Assembly (NCBI RefSeq): GCF_035084215.1
Contig: NC_090332.1
Location: 89,466,001 to 89,530,000 of the forward strand
From: Heptranchias perlo
Lineage: Eukaryota
Length of the DNA: 64,000 nt
Direction of reading: 5' to 3'
The notes under the pieces are model-generated. The model was not told the DNA's origin and did not search any database. It saw only the letters and a program-made list of their open reading frames with translations. The position numbers and the translations under genes are program-made. This document shows positions 25,707-38,234 of this stretch, one piece after another. Numbering within the stretch: the first letter of the stretch is position 1; every line of letters begins with the position of its first letter.

Positions 25707-26417
25707 GATAGATCTTTTAAAAAGGGTTGGAGTAGGCAAAAGCTGGTAGATGACCTCAGTAAGGCCATGCAAAGGGATTAAAGGGACAAAACGGAGTGAA
25801 AATGTGCAGTGAAAAGGCATAAGAATGATGCACAGACTGAGAAAAAGCTACAAAATAGAGGAGAATAGAAGTGAAAGGTAGATGGAAGAAACAGACAAGA
25901 AAATGGGAAAGACAGTTACGGTCTGGGTTTGCTAAAGTCAGTGTTCGTACTGGAGGGCATATACTATACTAAATATTTGATGCGACAGCAGTGTCTAATT
26001 TTATATACAACTCATAAATTGCCACGTCTAAACTAAAATACATTGGAGTTGTATTTAATCAGGCAAAACATACAAGTCCACTTGACTGTAGCATTTAGTA
26101 GACTAAACAAATATGACCCTCTGTATAACCCAGGAAGAATCCCAAAAGAGTGGAAAGTCGTAGTAAGCAGCCACCATCAAACTGTTGCACACTGTTATTG
26201 GCATGCAAATGACACTCTGTCTTTGAATCCCAGCCAAAATCTGCTGTTGTATATAAGAGCAATTTCCTCAGGAATTTTCAGAGAATGTGATACTTTTCCT
26301 TTTATGTATGTATCTAGTAAAATGATTGGATAACTAGGCAGCACCAACACCTTTAAGAGAACCAAACAAAGCTGGTGATATGGGGCTGGCACACTGTGAA
26401 AAGAAATTCAGAAATTA

Positions 26418-26729
26418 GGGCCCCGATATTTACGGGGACGCGGTGGTCCGGAGAGAGAGGTCGTGGGGGGAGGCTGAAGGCTTCCTTGAGGAGATTGGGG
26501 GGGGCGCACTCCTGCTCCTCCTGACCCTCAGTGAGTGCTGAAAAAGACACTTACCTTATGGAGCTGGCAGCTCCCGTCTCCCTTTCACTGCTGGGTTTTC
26601 CCGAGCTCTGGGGTAAGAGAAGCAGTGGGTGTGTTGGGGACACGTTCCCCACATTTAAGTCTTTAACACCCGCCCCCCCCGCCGACCGTCTCCTGCCCGT
26701 TGTGGGGGGTGGGGTTAATATCCAGGCCC
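26418..26729. mobile_element. Harbinger-type MITE
   Basis: TIRs GGGCCCCGATATTT / AATATCCAGGCCC, flanked by TTA and ATA. Confidence 0.65.
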
Positions 26730-27185
26730 ATATGTTCAACTATCTTGAGATACGGTCTTAAAACAATTGTGCAAACTCTTCCAATATAAGAAAAATGCTT
26801 CTGAATTGCTCCTGTTTTCAAAATGAACCAGTATCGCTGGTAATAAGATATAATGAGCTAGTGAATTCCTTTACATTAGGTGTAATTGTGAATCACTATT
26901 GAAAATTACTATTTAATCATTATTAACTTTTGGAACATATCCATGGCTGTCCACACATCAGCATTATGAGATTTCAACAACCAATGAGGAAAACTGCCCA
27001 GTATAAAAGTCAGTATCGTGCACTGGCGTAAACTTTCAGACCAACCTGTGGCACTACCAACACGATCGGATGCAAATCACCACACTGGAAATGTGAAGCA
27101 ATTAGAAACATGACTATTGACAGAACTTTGTTAAGCAAGTTTTGGTTTCCTCCAGTTCAGAATTGCTCAAGTAGTGTTACAAATT

Positions 27186-27608
27186 ACATAGAATGTACAG
27201 CACAGAAACAGGCCATTCGGCCCAACTGGTCTCTGCCAGTGTTTATGCTCCACAGGAGCCTCCTCCCTCCCTACTTCATCTCACCCTATCAGCAGATCCT
27301 TCTATTCCTTTCTCCCTCGTGTGTTTATCCAGCTTCCCCTTAAATGCTTCTCTGCTATTCGCCTCAACTACTCCTTGTGGTAGTGAGTCCCACATTCTCA
27401 CCACTCTCTGGGTAAAGAAGTTTCTCCTGAATTCCCTATTGGATTTATTAGTGACTATCTTATATTTATAGCCCCTAGCTCTGGTCTCCCCCGTGTGGAA
27501 ACACCTTCTCTATGTCTACCCTATCAAACCCCTTCATAATTTTAAAGACGTCTATCAGGTCACCCCTCAACCTTCTCTTTTCTAGAGAAAAGAGGCCCAG
27601 CCTGTTCA
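27186..27608 (-). mobile_element. CR1 LINE 3' fragment
   Basis: Reverse complement of the FFTQRVVRMW region, and ACAGGCCATTCGGCCCAAC. Confidence 0.9.
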
Positions 27609-28116
27609 TTTTTTCAAACAGGGATATACTTGGAGATAAGAATCACTTCAGACCATGAAGGGTTAGAAATATAATACTATACAACCAGGTAATATGGATG
27701 CACAATCACCGCCCCGCCAATAAGTATCCAATACAAGCAGGTATTCTTCTGATATGAACAGCTGTCAGCACCCCCATGGAAAACAGATTACTGTACCTCT
27801 CAGGTTGCCTGGTCCTTACTGGATTACGAAAGATACCCTTCCACCGGTAGACAGACAAATTTCTAAAGATACTCCTGTTACTGCAGATCCAACTATATTG
27901 AACTCAGTGCAATTACAAGAACTAGCTGTATGCGTGTGCAGCTGGAAGAAACATTCCCCCTGGACACGCATGAAGCAAAAGAAGGACACAATTATTGCAC
28001 GGTATATGCAGTGGGGATCCAAAGTGAACTGAAGGGAGGTAAATAAGTATATTTTCAAATATACCTGAAATTACTAGATTAAGTCTCCTAAAAACAACAA
28101 CCTACATCCTCCCATT

Positions 28117-28509
28117 GAATCATAGAATCATAAAATGATGCAGTGCAGAAGGAGGCCATTCGGCCCATTGTTCCAATGCCGGCTCTTTGAAAGAGCTATC
28201 CAATTAGTCCCACACCCTCGCTCTTTCCCCATAGCCCTGCAATTTTTCCCCTTCAAGTATTTATCCAATTCCCTTTTGAAAGTTATTATTGAATCTGCTT
28301 CCACCGCCCTTTCAGACAGCGCGTTCCAGATCAGAACAACTCGCCGCGTAAAAAAGTTTCCCCTCGTGTCACCTCTGGTTCTTTTGCCAATTATCTTAAA
28401 TCTGTGTCCTCTGGTTACCGACCCTTCTGCCACTGGAAACAGTTTACCCTTATTTACTCCATCAAAACCCTTCATGATTTTGAACACCTCTATTAAACCT
28501 CCCCTTAAC
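28117..28509 (-). mobile_element. CR1 LINE 3' fragment
   Basis: FKIMKGFDGVNKGKLFPVAEGSVTRGHRFK...IWNAL, plus tail. Confidence 0.92.
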
Positions 28510-28997
28510 TTTTATATGTGCCATGTGCGGGATAGCATGCCACAATTACCCCTTAGTTATGGTATAATGTAGTGCACAAGAAGTTAAGCATTTCTTTAGT
28601 ACTTGTAGTACAGATGAATGCTGGACATTTCCCCTAACACTCATTTTTGCTAATTAGGATACAGCAAGTCAGCCAATTATATAAGTGGGGAAACAGGTGA
28701 GTGGGGAAATTTGCATATGGAATCACCACCATTCAAAGGAGCTAGCTGGTATGTGAGCCTCCTTCTTTTCCCAATTATATGTACCATAAACAAAGCCATG
28801 GCTGATCCAGTAGTATGAGCAAGTTTCATGGTGGCAGTGTGACTGATGTAAATTGGTTGTGTTTGTGTCATTTGTATAACAGCTGCTTCATTGCAATATT
28901 AACAGTGACAATTTCAAAATCAGTATCATGCCAAAAACAACAATAAGTTATCGTGGTTGTGTGACAAAAATGCAGCATAATTACAAGTTGTGCTTAC

Positions 28998-29098
28998 TTT
29001 AAAAGTCAGGCCTAATGTATTTTGACAATAAAAGTAAATATTTCCACTATTCAAAACTGGTCCATTTGGCACTACATGTTTATTAACAGTAACATTTT
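28998..29098 (-). CDS. Candidate 101-nt exon ((E)NVTVNKHVVPNGPVLNSGNIYFYCQNTLGLTFK)
   Basis: Acceptor actacgttacAG, donor AAA|GTAAGC, open frame with phase 1 in and phase 0 out. Confidence 0.3.
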
Positions 29099-29288
29099 CT
29101 GTAACGTAGTCCAACATTATCATATTCCTTTGAAGCATGAACAGTTTTAGATGTCATAAAGAAAAATGAGTGAAATCCAAATATTTATGATAAGAAGATA
29201 TTTCTGTCCATAGAATATTAAAGGAAGTTAGTTGGCACAAATGGAGAGATGCAGAAAAGCGATTTCATCCTGGTGAGGCGGGTAGTGA

Positions 29289-30733
29289 AAAGCTTTATAT
29301 ATGTAACGGTTGGATTTTCCACTTGGCATTAACTGGTGGTAATGAATTATTTCTCTGAAATTTTGCCGCACTCATGACAGATTGCACATAAACTTTGACA
29401 TCACTCTCAGGAATCACTGCTTCCATAACAGATAACCAAAAGTTAATGGTGACCAATATCGGCAACATTGCTGAGAAACCTTCATTGACTACATTCTGCC
29501 CTGATTGCCTATCACTGATGAGAGGGTATGTACTCACGATTTTTATGTGAATAAAACAATGAAAATGAAGGACAATATGCCTCTTTAATTTTGTGCTAAT
29601 ATTATTTGCAATTTGTCCAGAAGTTAAAGTGCTGCTGGATGTGAGGGGGAGTGAGTGAGCTTGAAGGGGACTGGGCAAGTTGAAGCTGGGGTTTGGGATC
29701 AGTGCAGGTGATTTGGAGGCACTCAGGTGGGAGAGGAGCTGGCTCTTGGTATCACTTTGAACGGACAAGAGATGGTTGGGAACTGGTGGCACTTAGGGTG
29801 CGAGGGGAGATTAGCAACTGTGAGCACTCAGCATGTAGGGCCACATGATGCCCTAAACTTTGCAAAAACACTGCCGTCCAAAAGAAAAAAAATGCATTGC
29901 CTTCTCACTCTCCTGTAGGTAGTCCATGGGGAAAAGTGAAAAAATTGCCGGCCTTGACGACAAAACGTCACTCATCTGATTGATACATCGGTGAACTGCA
30001 GATTGATTGATGTCGCTGATGTCTCCTGTGAGAGCTTGGAATGAGCCAAAAGCATAGAAGTTCAGGGACGTGGTGACCTTGACAATGCTGTCCCTGTGGT
30101 AGAGGTTGTCTGGAGGGCAATTTCCAACAGACAGCACAACTCTGTTGCTGCCTCTTGAGTGAAATGTAGCTATTCAGTTTTCTTCAGAATGCCGAAGTAG
30201 ATGTGCCTCTGCCTATAGATGCAGGTCCGTGGGTAACATCAGACGTGGGTCGACCACATCAGGTGTCATCTCATTTCCTTGCCAATTCTCCTCTCCCCCC
30301 CCCTCCCACCCCCTCTTCTACTTTCTCCAATTAATAGAATGAATGGAATTCTTGTTGGAATGCCCATATTACAAATTGTAAATTATCTGGGCCAAAACTC
30401 CTGGCTTAAAACCTACAAAAATAACCTAGCAAAAAAAAAAATAGCTGCCAAAATAAACAGAAACTAAAATCTGTACTGAAAAGGGGGTTTTACAAGTGCC
30501 TCCACTGTTAGACCCTGGCAGGGCAGAACGTAATAAATGAAGGCTTCTCAGCAATGTTGCCGATATTGGTCACCATTAACTTTTGGTTATCTGTTATGGA
30601 AGCAGTGATTCCTGAGAGTGATGTCAAAGCTTATGTGCAATCTGTCATGAGTGCGGCAAAATTTCAGAGAAATAATTCATTACCACCAGTTAATGCCAAG
30701 TGGAAAATCCAACCGTTACATATATAAAGCTTT
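29289..30733. mobile_element. Old Harbinger derivative bounded by 198-bp inverted repeats
   Basis: 29289-29486 and 30536-30733 are reverse complements with 2 mismatches. The interior holds a decayed transposase. Confidence 0.85.
29853..30240 (-). pseudogene. Highly decayed Harbinger transposase fragment
   Basis: VKVTTSLNFYAFGSFQALTGDISDINQSAVHRCINQMSD, the HTH region of HARBI1-like transposases. Confidence 0.8.
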
Positions 30734-30896
30734 GCACTTCCCGTTTGCGTCACGTGACACCCAGTTGCCACTTTTTTGTCAAGTTTTTTCCATTATAAAT
30801 TCCAATGTCCACAAATAATATGGATCTTGCCTATGTAAACTTGCTATACTGTAATTACACATACTGACCACTTGATAGTGTCGAACCCATTTTCTT

Positions 30897-31298
30897 TTAG
30901 CACTCTCACCTCTGACTCAGAATGTCATGGGTTGAAGTCTCACGCCAGAGACTGAAACACATAATCTAGGCTGACACTGAGGGAATGTTGCCTCTTTCAA
31001 TGGGACATTAAATCGAGGCCCCGTCTGCCCTCTCAGGTGGACACAAAAGATCACGTGGCACTATTCAAAGAAGAGCAGGGGAGGTGACCTGGCCAATATT
31101 TATCCCTCAGCCAAAAAAACACACACATTACCTGGTCATTTTATTTCATTGTGATTTGTGGGACCTTGCTATCTTCAAATTTGCTGCAACATTTCTCTAC
31201 ATTATGACAATGACTACACTTCAAAAATAATTCCTTGGTTTTGGGATGTCCTGAGGTTGTGAAAGGGGCTATATAAAGCAAGATCATCCTTTCCTTCT
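30897..31298 (+). mobile_element. Older SacSINE1-like SINE
   Basis: AGCACTCTCACCTCTGACTCAGAA head, GGCCAATATTTATCCCTCA core and GAAAGGGGCTATATAAAGCAAG tail. Confidence 0.82.
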
Positions 31299-32518
31299 TA
31301 TACAACAGACTTGTTGTATAAACAAAAAGCTTCTTACAAGAGGGTACAATGACAGTTATTTGGGGTCTCTAGTTTCTTCTTAGCAAGTGAAAAATGCTGT
31401 CACCCACCTGGTTACTGGACATTTTTCACTGTGAAGATAAATCTCATGTTGGCATTTTACAGCACCTGATGGCAGAAACCTCAGTATTTAGCTTGAGCTT
31501 AACCAGCTCGATAGAGAGAAGAAGCAATAGTGTGGATCGGATATGCAAGGAGATCTGAGAAACACCTCCAACCTCAGTACTGTGATGGTGTCACAGTTAT
31601 TGGTGAAGGACCAGGAATTTTATTATTTCCGACCTGTATTCAAGCTTTTCCTACATTACAGGTACTGAAAAATATAAATGTTGCAGTGATTCGCTTTGCG
31701 GGGAATAGAGTTATGCTCAGTGTGTGAAGTTCAGACCACAGGCCGAGCCTCTACAAGCTGCTAATTGATGGCCACGACAGAAGGAGCAGGAAGCAACTTA
31801 AATGTTGGCAGAACATCACTCTTTTCATTTACTCTTGGTTCCCAAGTATGGCAGCACTACCTTTGAGGGAGTTAAAATAATAAAATAAGTAGAATTTCTC
31901 AGCAATTAAAATTATTGATTGCCTCCATTACCTTCTATAATTTCTTTACTTATTACTATGTAAGGTATATAATGTTCAGTATGTGATCGTATAATTATAG
32001 CAGCTTAACAGTAATTATAATAATTCACTTGGTGCTGGAGCTGATATTTGGCACTATGACAATGCAGTGACATTTGTTCTCAGATAGCCCTTTGACTCAT
32101 CGGAAACCTTGACATTTAAATTCTGCTGGCGTGAGATGCTGCTTTGAATTGTTTGAAGACGTTTCTTTATTGCTTCCCTGATATATTGGACCACTTTCTT
32201 TCTCTCTCCTTTTTTTATATTTGCAATAGTAAGTTTCCCTTTGCGTTGTTCACTGTGAACAGCGGGCCTTCCGAGCAGGACGGAACGAGCCCCCTCTCCC
32301 CCTCTTCCCCCCCACCCCCGCCTCTCTCATTTCAGGGTCTTCTCCTTCAACAGATTTCCTTTTCTCAATGGAATTCTGCCATTGGCCCCATTGCATTGGT
32401 CTTTTGAGTTGCGGAAAGCATTGCTCCGGGTTGAGACTGCCCAAAATCATTTCCTGAGGGATTCTTACAGCTTTCAAAGACAGGAGACTTTCATCCTCTT
32501 CCGGGCTGATTTTTCCCA

Positions 32519-32743
32519 GGATGTGGGCAAGGCCGGAGTTTATTGCCCAGCCCTAGTTGCCCTAAGAAGGTACCGATGGCCCTTCTTTTTGAACTGCTGC
32601 ATGTAGCAGTTTGATACAACTGAGTGGCTTGCTAGGCCACTTCAGAGGGCATTTAAGAGTCATGCACTTTGGTGTGGGACAGATAAGGAAGGCAGCTTTC
32701 CTTCCCTAAGGAACATTAGTGAGCCAGTTTTTACAGCAATCCA
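32519..32743 (-). mobile_element. Short non-LTR-derived repeat (CR1-group 3' end, internally deleted)
   Basis: GGATGTGGGCAAGGCC...TTTATTGCCCAGCCCTAGTTGCCC...TGAGTGGCTTGCTAGGCCACTTCAGAGGGCA resembles a common shark repeat (recalled, not searched). Confidence 0.55.
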
Positions 32744-32884
32744 ATGCGAACATGCCTAGAGTAGGAACATTACAAAGTGGATTGTGACGTAGTCTCAACC
32801 CAGAGCAGATGCTCCCCGCACCTCTAAAGACAAATTCAGTGGAGTCAATGGCAGAATTCTGTGGTGGGCATGCATAAACCTGGC

Positions 32885-33035
32885 ATAATTGTGTCCAATT
32901 CTAGGCACCAAACTTTAGGAAGGATGTCAAGGCCTTAGAGAGGGTGCAGAAGAGATTTACCAGAATGGTACCAGGGATGAGGGACTGGAGAAGCTGGGAT
33001 TGTTCTCCTCAGAGCAGAGAAGGTGAAGGGGTGAC
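32885..33035 (+). mobile_element. CR1 internal fragment
   Basis: CVQF*APNFRKDVKALERVQKRFTRMVPGMR. Confidence 0.85.
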
Positions 33036-33236
33036 TGGCTTTGGCCCTGATTATACATTCACTGCAATCTCCCACCTGTGCTGTATTGAAATTGGGAGAT
33101 CACAGGCAGGAAGCTAGTGTTTCCTGTGCTACTCCAGCACTTTGAAGGGCTGTGCCAGCCATTTAAAGGGAAGTGGCTGCTTCAAATGAACTACTGTATA
33201 TATTTTGAACCAACAAATAAAGTATCTGCAGAATTG

Positions 33237-33360
33237 ATGGAGCACTAGGCAAATCAAAACCTTCATTTTACAAATGCAGCAGTTGAGGTACTGCTACAGG
33301 AAATGGGTGCAATGAGGGTAGACATGTTTGGCACCCCAGGGGAACCCTCTCCAGAGCAGA
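33237..33360 (+). pseudogene. Short Harbinger Myb/SANT relic
   Basis: MEH*ANQNLHFTNAAVEVLLQEMGAMRVDMFG resembles the start of the other Myb ORFs here. Confidence 0.5.
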
Positions 33361-33395
33361 GCAGTGTACTGTGTATAAATAATCAATGTGTATTA

Positions 33396-34114
33396 TGTAA
33401 CTGTCCTCCACTCACTAAATTTTGCCGAAGAAATAACCCTGCTTTTATCGGGAGAAGACGCTATAGTTTCGGTCATGAGTTCTGTTTGCTGCAGTTCATA
33501 GAGACTCTTTTTAAATAGACTTTGTAAATAAACTTGTTTGCTTTGCTGTTTGCTGTGAGTCCTGTCAGAAGTCCTGCCCCACCTCCAGCTCATTGGCTGA
33601 CACAGTAGTGTCAATAGACACTCCAATGTTTGAGAGGAGGTAGCAGCCAAAGCAATGTCATCTGCACCACACAGAGGACATGGGAAGAAAAAAGGAAGAA
33701 GTTTGCTGACCGACAGAAGGTTTATAGGAACATAGGGACAGGAGGAGGCCATTTAGCCCCTCGAGCCTGTTCCGTCATTCAGTGAGATCATGGCTGATCT
33801 GTGACCTAACTCCATATACCCACCTTAGCCCCTTATCCCTTAATACTTTTGGTTAACAAAAATCTATCAATCTCAGATTTAAAATTAACAATTGAACTAG
33901 CATCAACTGCTGTTTGTGGAAGAGAGTTCCAAACTTCTACCGCTCTTTGCGTGTAGAAGTGTTTCCTAACTTCACTCCTGAAAGTCCTGGCTCTAATTTT
34001 TAGGCTATGTCCCCTAGTCCTAGACTCCCCAACCAGCGGAAATAGTTTCTCTCTATCTACCCTATCAGTTCCCCTTAATACCTCGAAAACTTTGATCAAA
34101 TCACCCCTTTTACA
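33396..34114 (-). mobile_element. Solo-LTR-like element, copy 2, interrupted near one end by CR1
   Basis: TGTAAC...TTACA termini, homologous to copy 1. Confidence 0.55.
33724..34108 (-). mobile_element. CR1 LINE 3' fragment
   Basis: RGDLIKVFEVLRGTDRVDREKLFPLVGESRTRGHSLKI..., same subfamily as 53335-53965. Confidence 0.92.
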
Positions 34115-36559
34115 AGGTAAGGCTGCCATCAGTTCCCTATCCCAAGCAGAGGGCCCAAGTATGCCACAAAATGTTCCCTCTCAACCTGTTAAGTTGGCTG
34201 CTGCCTCAAGCAAAGCAACTCAGACAAACTTCCAGCTCTGTAGCTAGAGTTCCTTGGGTAAGGACAGCTGTTGACCATCTATCTCCAATGTAAGTGGAAT
34301 CCCCCTGACATCCATTCATGCAGCAAGCAGAAATGAAGCAGTCCCACTTTAAAGAAGCACTTCCTGAAAGGTCACAACATGATTGGATTTTAAAGCTGAA
34401 TCCACTGTACATGTTCTACATAAAAAAAACACAATTTTGTGCACAGCCCCCACTATGCAGCTATTTGCATAAAATGAAGCATTTAAATGAAGTTCTCACA
34501 CAGCAATGAACACAGGTGGACAACAAGCTATGGGAAATGGCACACTACACTCGTAGACCATTGAGGCAGCTCGTTTACCAGTTCACAATTCTCCGGCTTG
34601 CCTATCTCTCATTCTTCCCCGCACGTTGGAAAATGGAGCTGACAAGAGAAGCTTTCCTATCAGATTATAGAGCAGCTACCACACGTTAATTTATTCCCCA
34701 CTCCAGTACCAGCGTTCAGTCAGGGTGCACCATTAAGTTAACCTGTTTCTCACTGCATTGCCATTGTTGCTATGTCCCCAGCAACAGGAAGCTGCCACCT
34801 TATAAAACAAAAAGCAAATCAGTGAAAGTAGCCAGGTCTGCTGTGTGATCAATTCAAAGGAAGCGCGTGCAATATTTCATCATATGTGAGGTGTACAGAT
34901 TTGTCAGCAAGGCAGGAATTAGATGAAATGGTTTGAATGAGTCCAATACAGAGACTTAAATAAAAGAGCGACCCAGATGGGCTAAACAGACTGTCCTATC
35001 AACAGTTTTATGTTCTGATGGAAGGAGCACAATAGTGAAGGATGAAAGGTGCTCTTCCTATTTATAGCTAGAGCCAATGTGCAATTTATTATTTGGAATG
35101 TTTATGCAGATTTGCTTTTTCTGCACAATTTTTGTCTTATACAGACGTGCAAAACATGCGCGTTGTTAATCTGAAGCACTGTTTTCACGGGTGAGAAAAT
35201 TTATAGATTTTTTCACACTAGCAGGCACTATAAAATCTGAAGAATAATCTGAGCAGAGGGAGTGATTTATACACTCGTACTCCTGAAACAGCATCTGTAA
35301 AATGGAGGACATGACTTCCTCCGCAGTATGATTTAGAAATCAGATTCTATGGTGGGTGTAGACAAAGCCTATCTGGAAGGGCATTAACCTGCATTGATGT
35401 TCACACTGCTGGATTCAGCAATTCAGCCTGAAAGGCTAGGAATGAATCCCATCTAAAACAGATGTCACCTCATTGGAATACTGCCCAAAACCTTATTTCA
35501 AACACTCTTTCAGGTAACATACAAGGTCAAGATTAAACACAACTTTGCAGCACTGATGACTCACCACCCTTAAGACAAGTTGTCACGAAGAGCAATGCAA
35601 TAAGTTAATGAAGTGGTAAATTGCTTTCCAACCTTTCCTCTTTTAAATCATCATTGATATTTGGAATTATCATCCGCTGATTGTTTTCGAGTCTTTTTTT
35701 TTTACCAGATTCAAGATATTTACAGGACTAATAACTTGTATATGTTCCTAATAAACTACACATATTAATTGTAAATATAATTTTGCGACGGGCGGCAAAT
35801 CAAAAAAAGTTTCAGCATCAGGAATCAAAGGGAAGTCCTATGACCTGAATAAAGGATAAAACAGAAATCTCGAAACAAACCAGTATGACAGCTTCAAGTG
35901 ACTGGATTGATGAGGTGCTATTGATGTTTGGATTAAACTATGCCTCTGTGTTCAAGTACTCAAACATGGTAAAAAGATGAGCCTACAGCTTAATCCTACA
36001 GACTAATTTTGTGTGGGATTTGGGGAAGGAGATACTGCCTTTTGCGGCCTTTTCAAGGACTTGCTTACTTCAAAAAGAACACTTGCTTCAGAAAATGAAA
36101 GCCTAATTGATTTCTCCAATCTCTGAAATGCTGTATTCTTCAAGCAATCCAAAGTTTACATTTTAGAACCCAGGAGCACACACTTAACAAGGTATTAAGC
36201 TCTCCAGTCGATAACCAATGATGGCAGACTAAACCTACTAACAGTAACTGTCAATGTTTTTAACTCCATGGGGCACAGAGTTTATTTTTGAGACAATGGG
36301 GGAATCCCTCATTTTTAAAAATGATCTTCTTCTTCTCTTTCAAGTCCCTCTGTGTCACAGATTATTCTCCAAGTGAGAGAACAGACAATCAACCTGATAT
36401 TAATTAGTAGCTTTTAAATTAGAACAGAGCAATCAGCCAAAAAGATTGCCCCAAGGAGCTCCCAGAGTAACTTACGAATTTTACATTATCAACAACAAAG
36501 ATGACAAGCATTAAAAATGTTCTCAGATTCAAAATTCCTTCCCTGATTAAAATTTTGAA

Positions 36560-37405
36560 TCACTCGCCCTCTAGTTTCTCTCCCATGTCCTCTCCAAGCT
36601 CATTTCATCCTTAAGACCCACCTCCTGCTTCCTTGACCCCATTCCAAATAAACTGATGATCAGTGAACTTCCTGCACTGGCTCCCATACTAACACTGTAA
36701 ATGGTTCCCTCTCCGCAGGGACTGTCCCCTTCCTTTCAAAACAGCTCCCTCCTCAACTCACCCCAACCCCCGTATCCTTGCAAACATCTCCAATCTCCCT
36801 TTTCTCTCCAAAGCCCTTGAACATGTTGTTGCCTCCAAATTTGTCCCCATCTTTCCCCCAATTTCTTGTTTGACTCTCCACCATCAGATTCCCAACCCTG
36901 CCACAGCACTGATACAAATCTAATCAGGTCACAAATGACTTCCTCTGCGAGTGCAACCATGGTGCATTATTCCTCGTCCCCCCGATCTTTCTGCAGCCTT
37001 TGACATGGCCGACCACACCATTGACCTCCCACACTTCTCCTCTGTGGTCCAGCTGGGTGGGGCTGCCGTCGCCTGGTTCCAATCTCATCTATCCAATCAT
37101 AGCCGGAGCATTTCTCCAATGGTTTCTCTTCCCACCCCGGAATAATCACCTTAGGAGTCCCCCAAAGTTCCATACTTGGCCCCTCCTCGTCCCCATCAAC
37201 AATCTGCCCTTTGACGACACCATCCACCGACATGGGGTCAGTTTCCACACGTATGCTGACAACCTTTCCACCATCTCTTTGATTCCTCCACTGCCTCTGT
37301 CCAGTCAGACTGCTTGTCCGGCATCCAGTCGTGGATCAGCCCCAATTTCCTCCAGCTAAGCATTGGGAAGATTGCAGCCATCATCTTTGGCCCCCACCAC
37401 AAACT
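36560..37405 (+). mobile_element. Decayed L2-clade reverse transcriptase fragment
   Basis: DLSAAFDMADH, GVPQSSILGPLL-like and YADN motifs across frameshifts. Confidence 0.8.
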
Positions 37406-37409
37406 TTAT

Positions 37410-38234
37410 GGGGGAAAAAATTGTATTGGGCCTGTTTTTGGGCGGGGGAAGCGCGATCTGCCAACACCCCGCGCCCAATGGCCCCTTTGCAGGCAGGACG
37501 AGACTTTCGTCAGGCCTGAGGACTTACTTGCAATCTGCGTTGGAAATCAGCGTTGGACGAGGATTCCATGCAATTTGCACTTTCCACCAGCAGGGGGAGC
37601 TCCAATCTCTTAAAGGCAGGCTGTCCATTAAAAAATCTCTTAAAGGTAGCTGGCACCTGTTATTTTCTGAAAATAACAGTCTGCCTGTCTGAACGGAGAT
37701 CAGACATCACACACGTAAAACACAGATGCAGCTCCCATCCCTATGTTTACAAACTGATGATTTATGTTAAAACACTGAGTAAAGGTTGCGCACTACTAAA
37801 TCCCACATCCTCCAATCTGCATGCTAGGCCTCACCAATCTGCCGATCTGAGTTGGTTACAGGCCTGTGAGAGTCCGTGCACCAAGGTTCTCTGCTGATGC
37901 ACTAGAGGCCTTGGTTCAAGAGGTGGACAGAAAGAGAGACATCCTATATCCGCGGTGGGGGGGGCGGTGGAGGGCAAGAGGCTCTCCAGACATACACCCA
38001 AAAGGTAGTGGGAGGCAAAGGGGAATGAAGTCAATGCCAGGCGCACAGCAGCACGAACATGGATGCAGTGCAGGAAGAAGATCAATGCTTTGACATGAGT
38101 GGTCAAGGTGAGTGAGGTCAACTGTCATCAAGTGGCATCTCCTACCAACTACACCACTAGCCGCATCCACTGCTCCATGCACTACACCCCCCATCACCCA
38201 CATACCAACAAACTCTTTCCATCTGTACTCAGCT
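37410..38234 (+). mobile_element. Harbinger element end with Myb/SANT ORF2 exon 1
   Basis: G-rich terminus. From 37866: RVRAPRFSADALEALVQEVDRKRDILYP...RTWMQCRKKINAL..VVK|gtgagt. Confidence 0.8.

Noticed and set aside
24564-34114. Full provirus bounded by the two LTR-like copies
   Set aside because: No gag/pol remnants, PBS or shared TSD were seen, and the copies are quite divergent.
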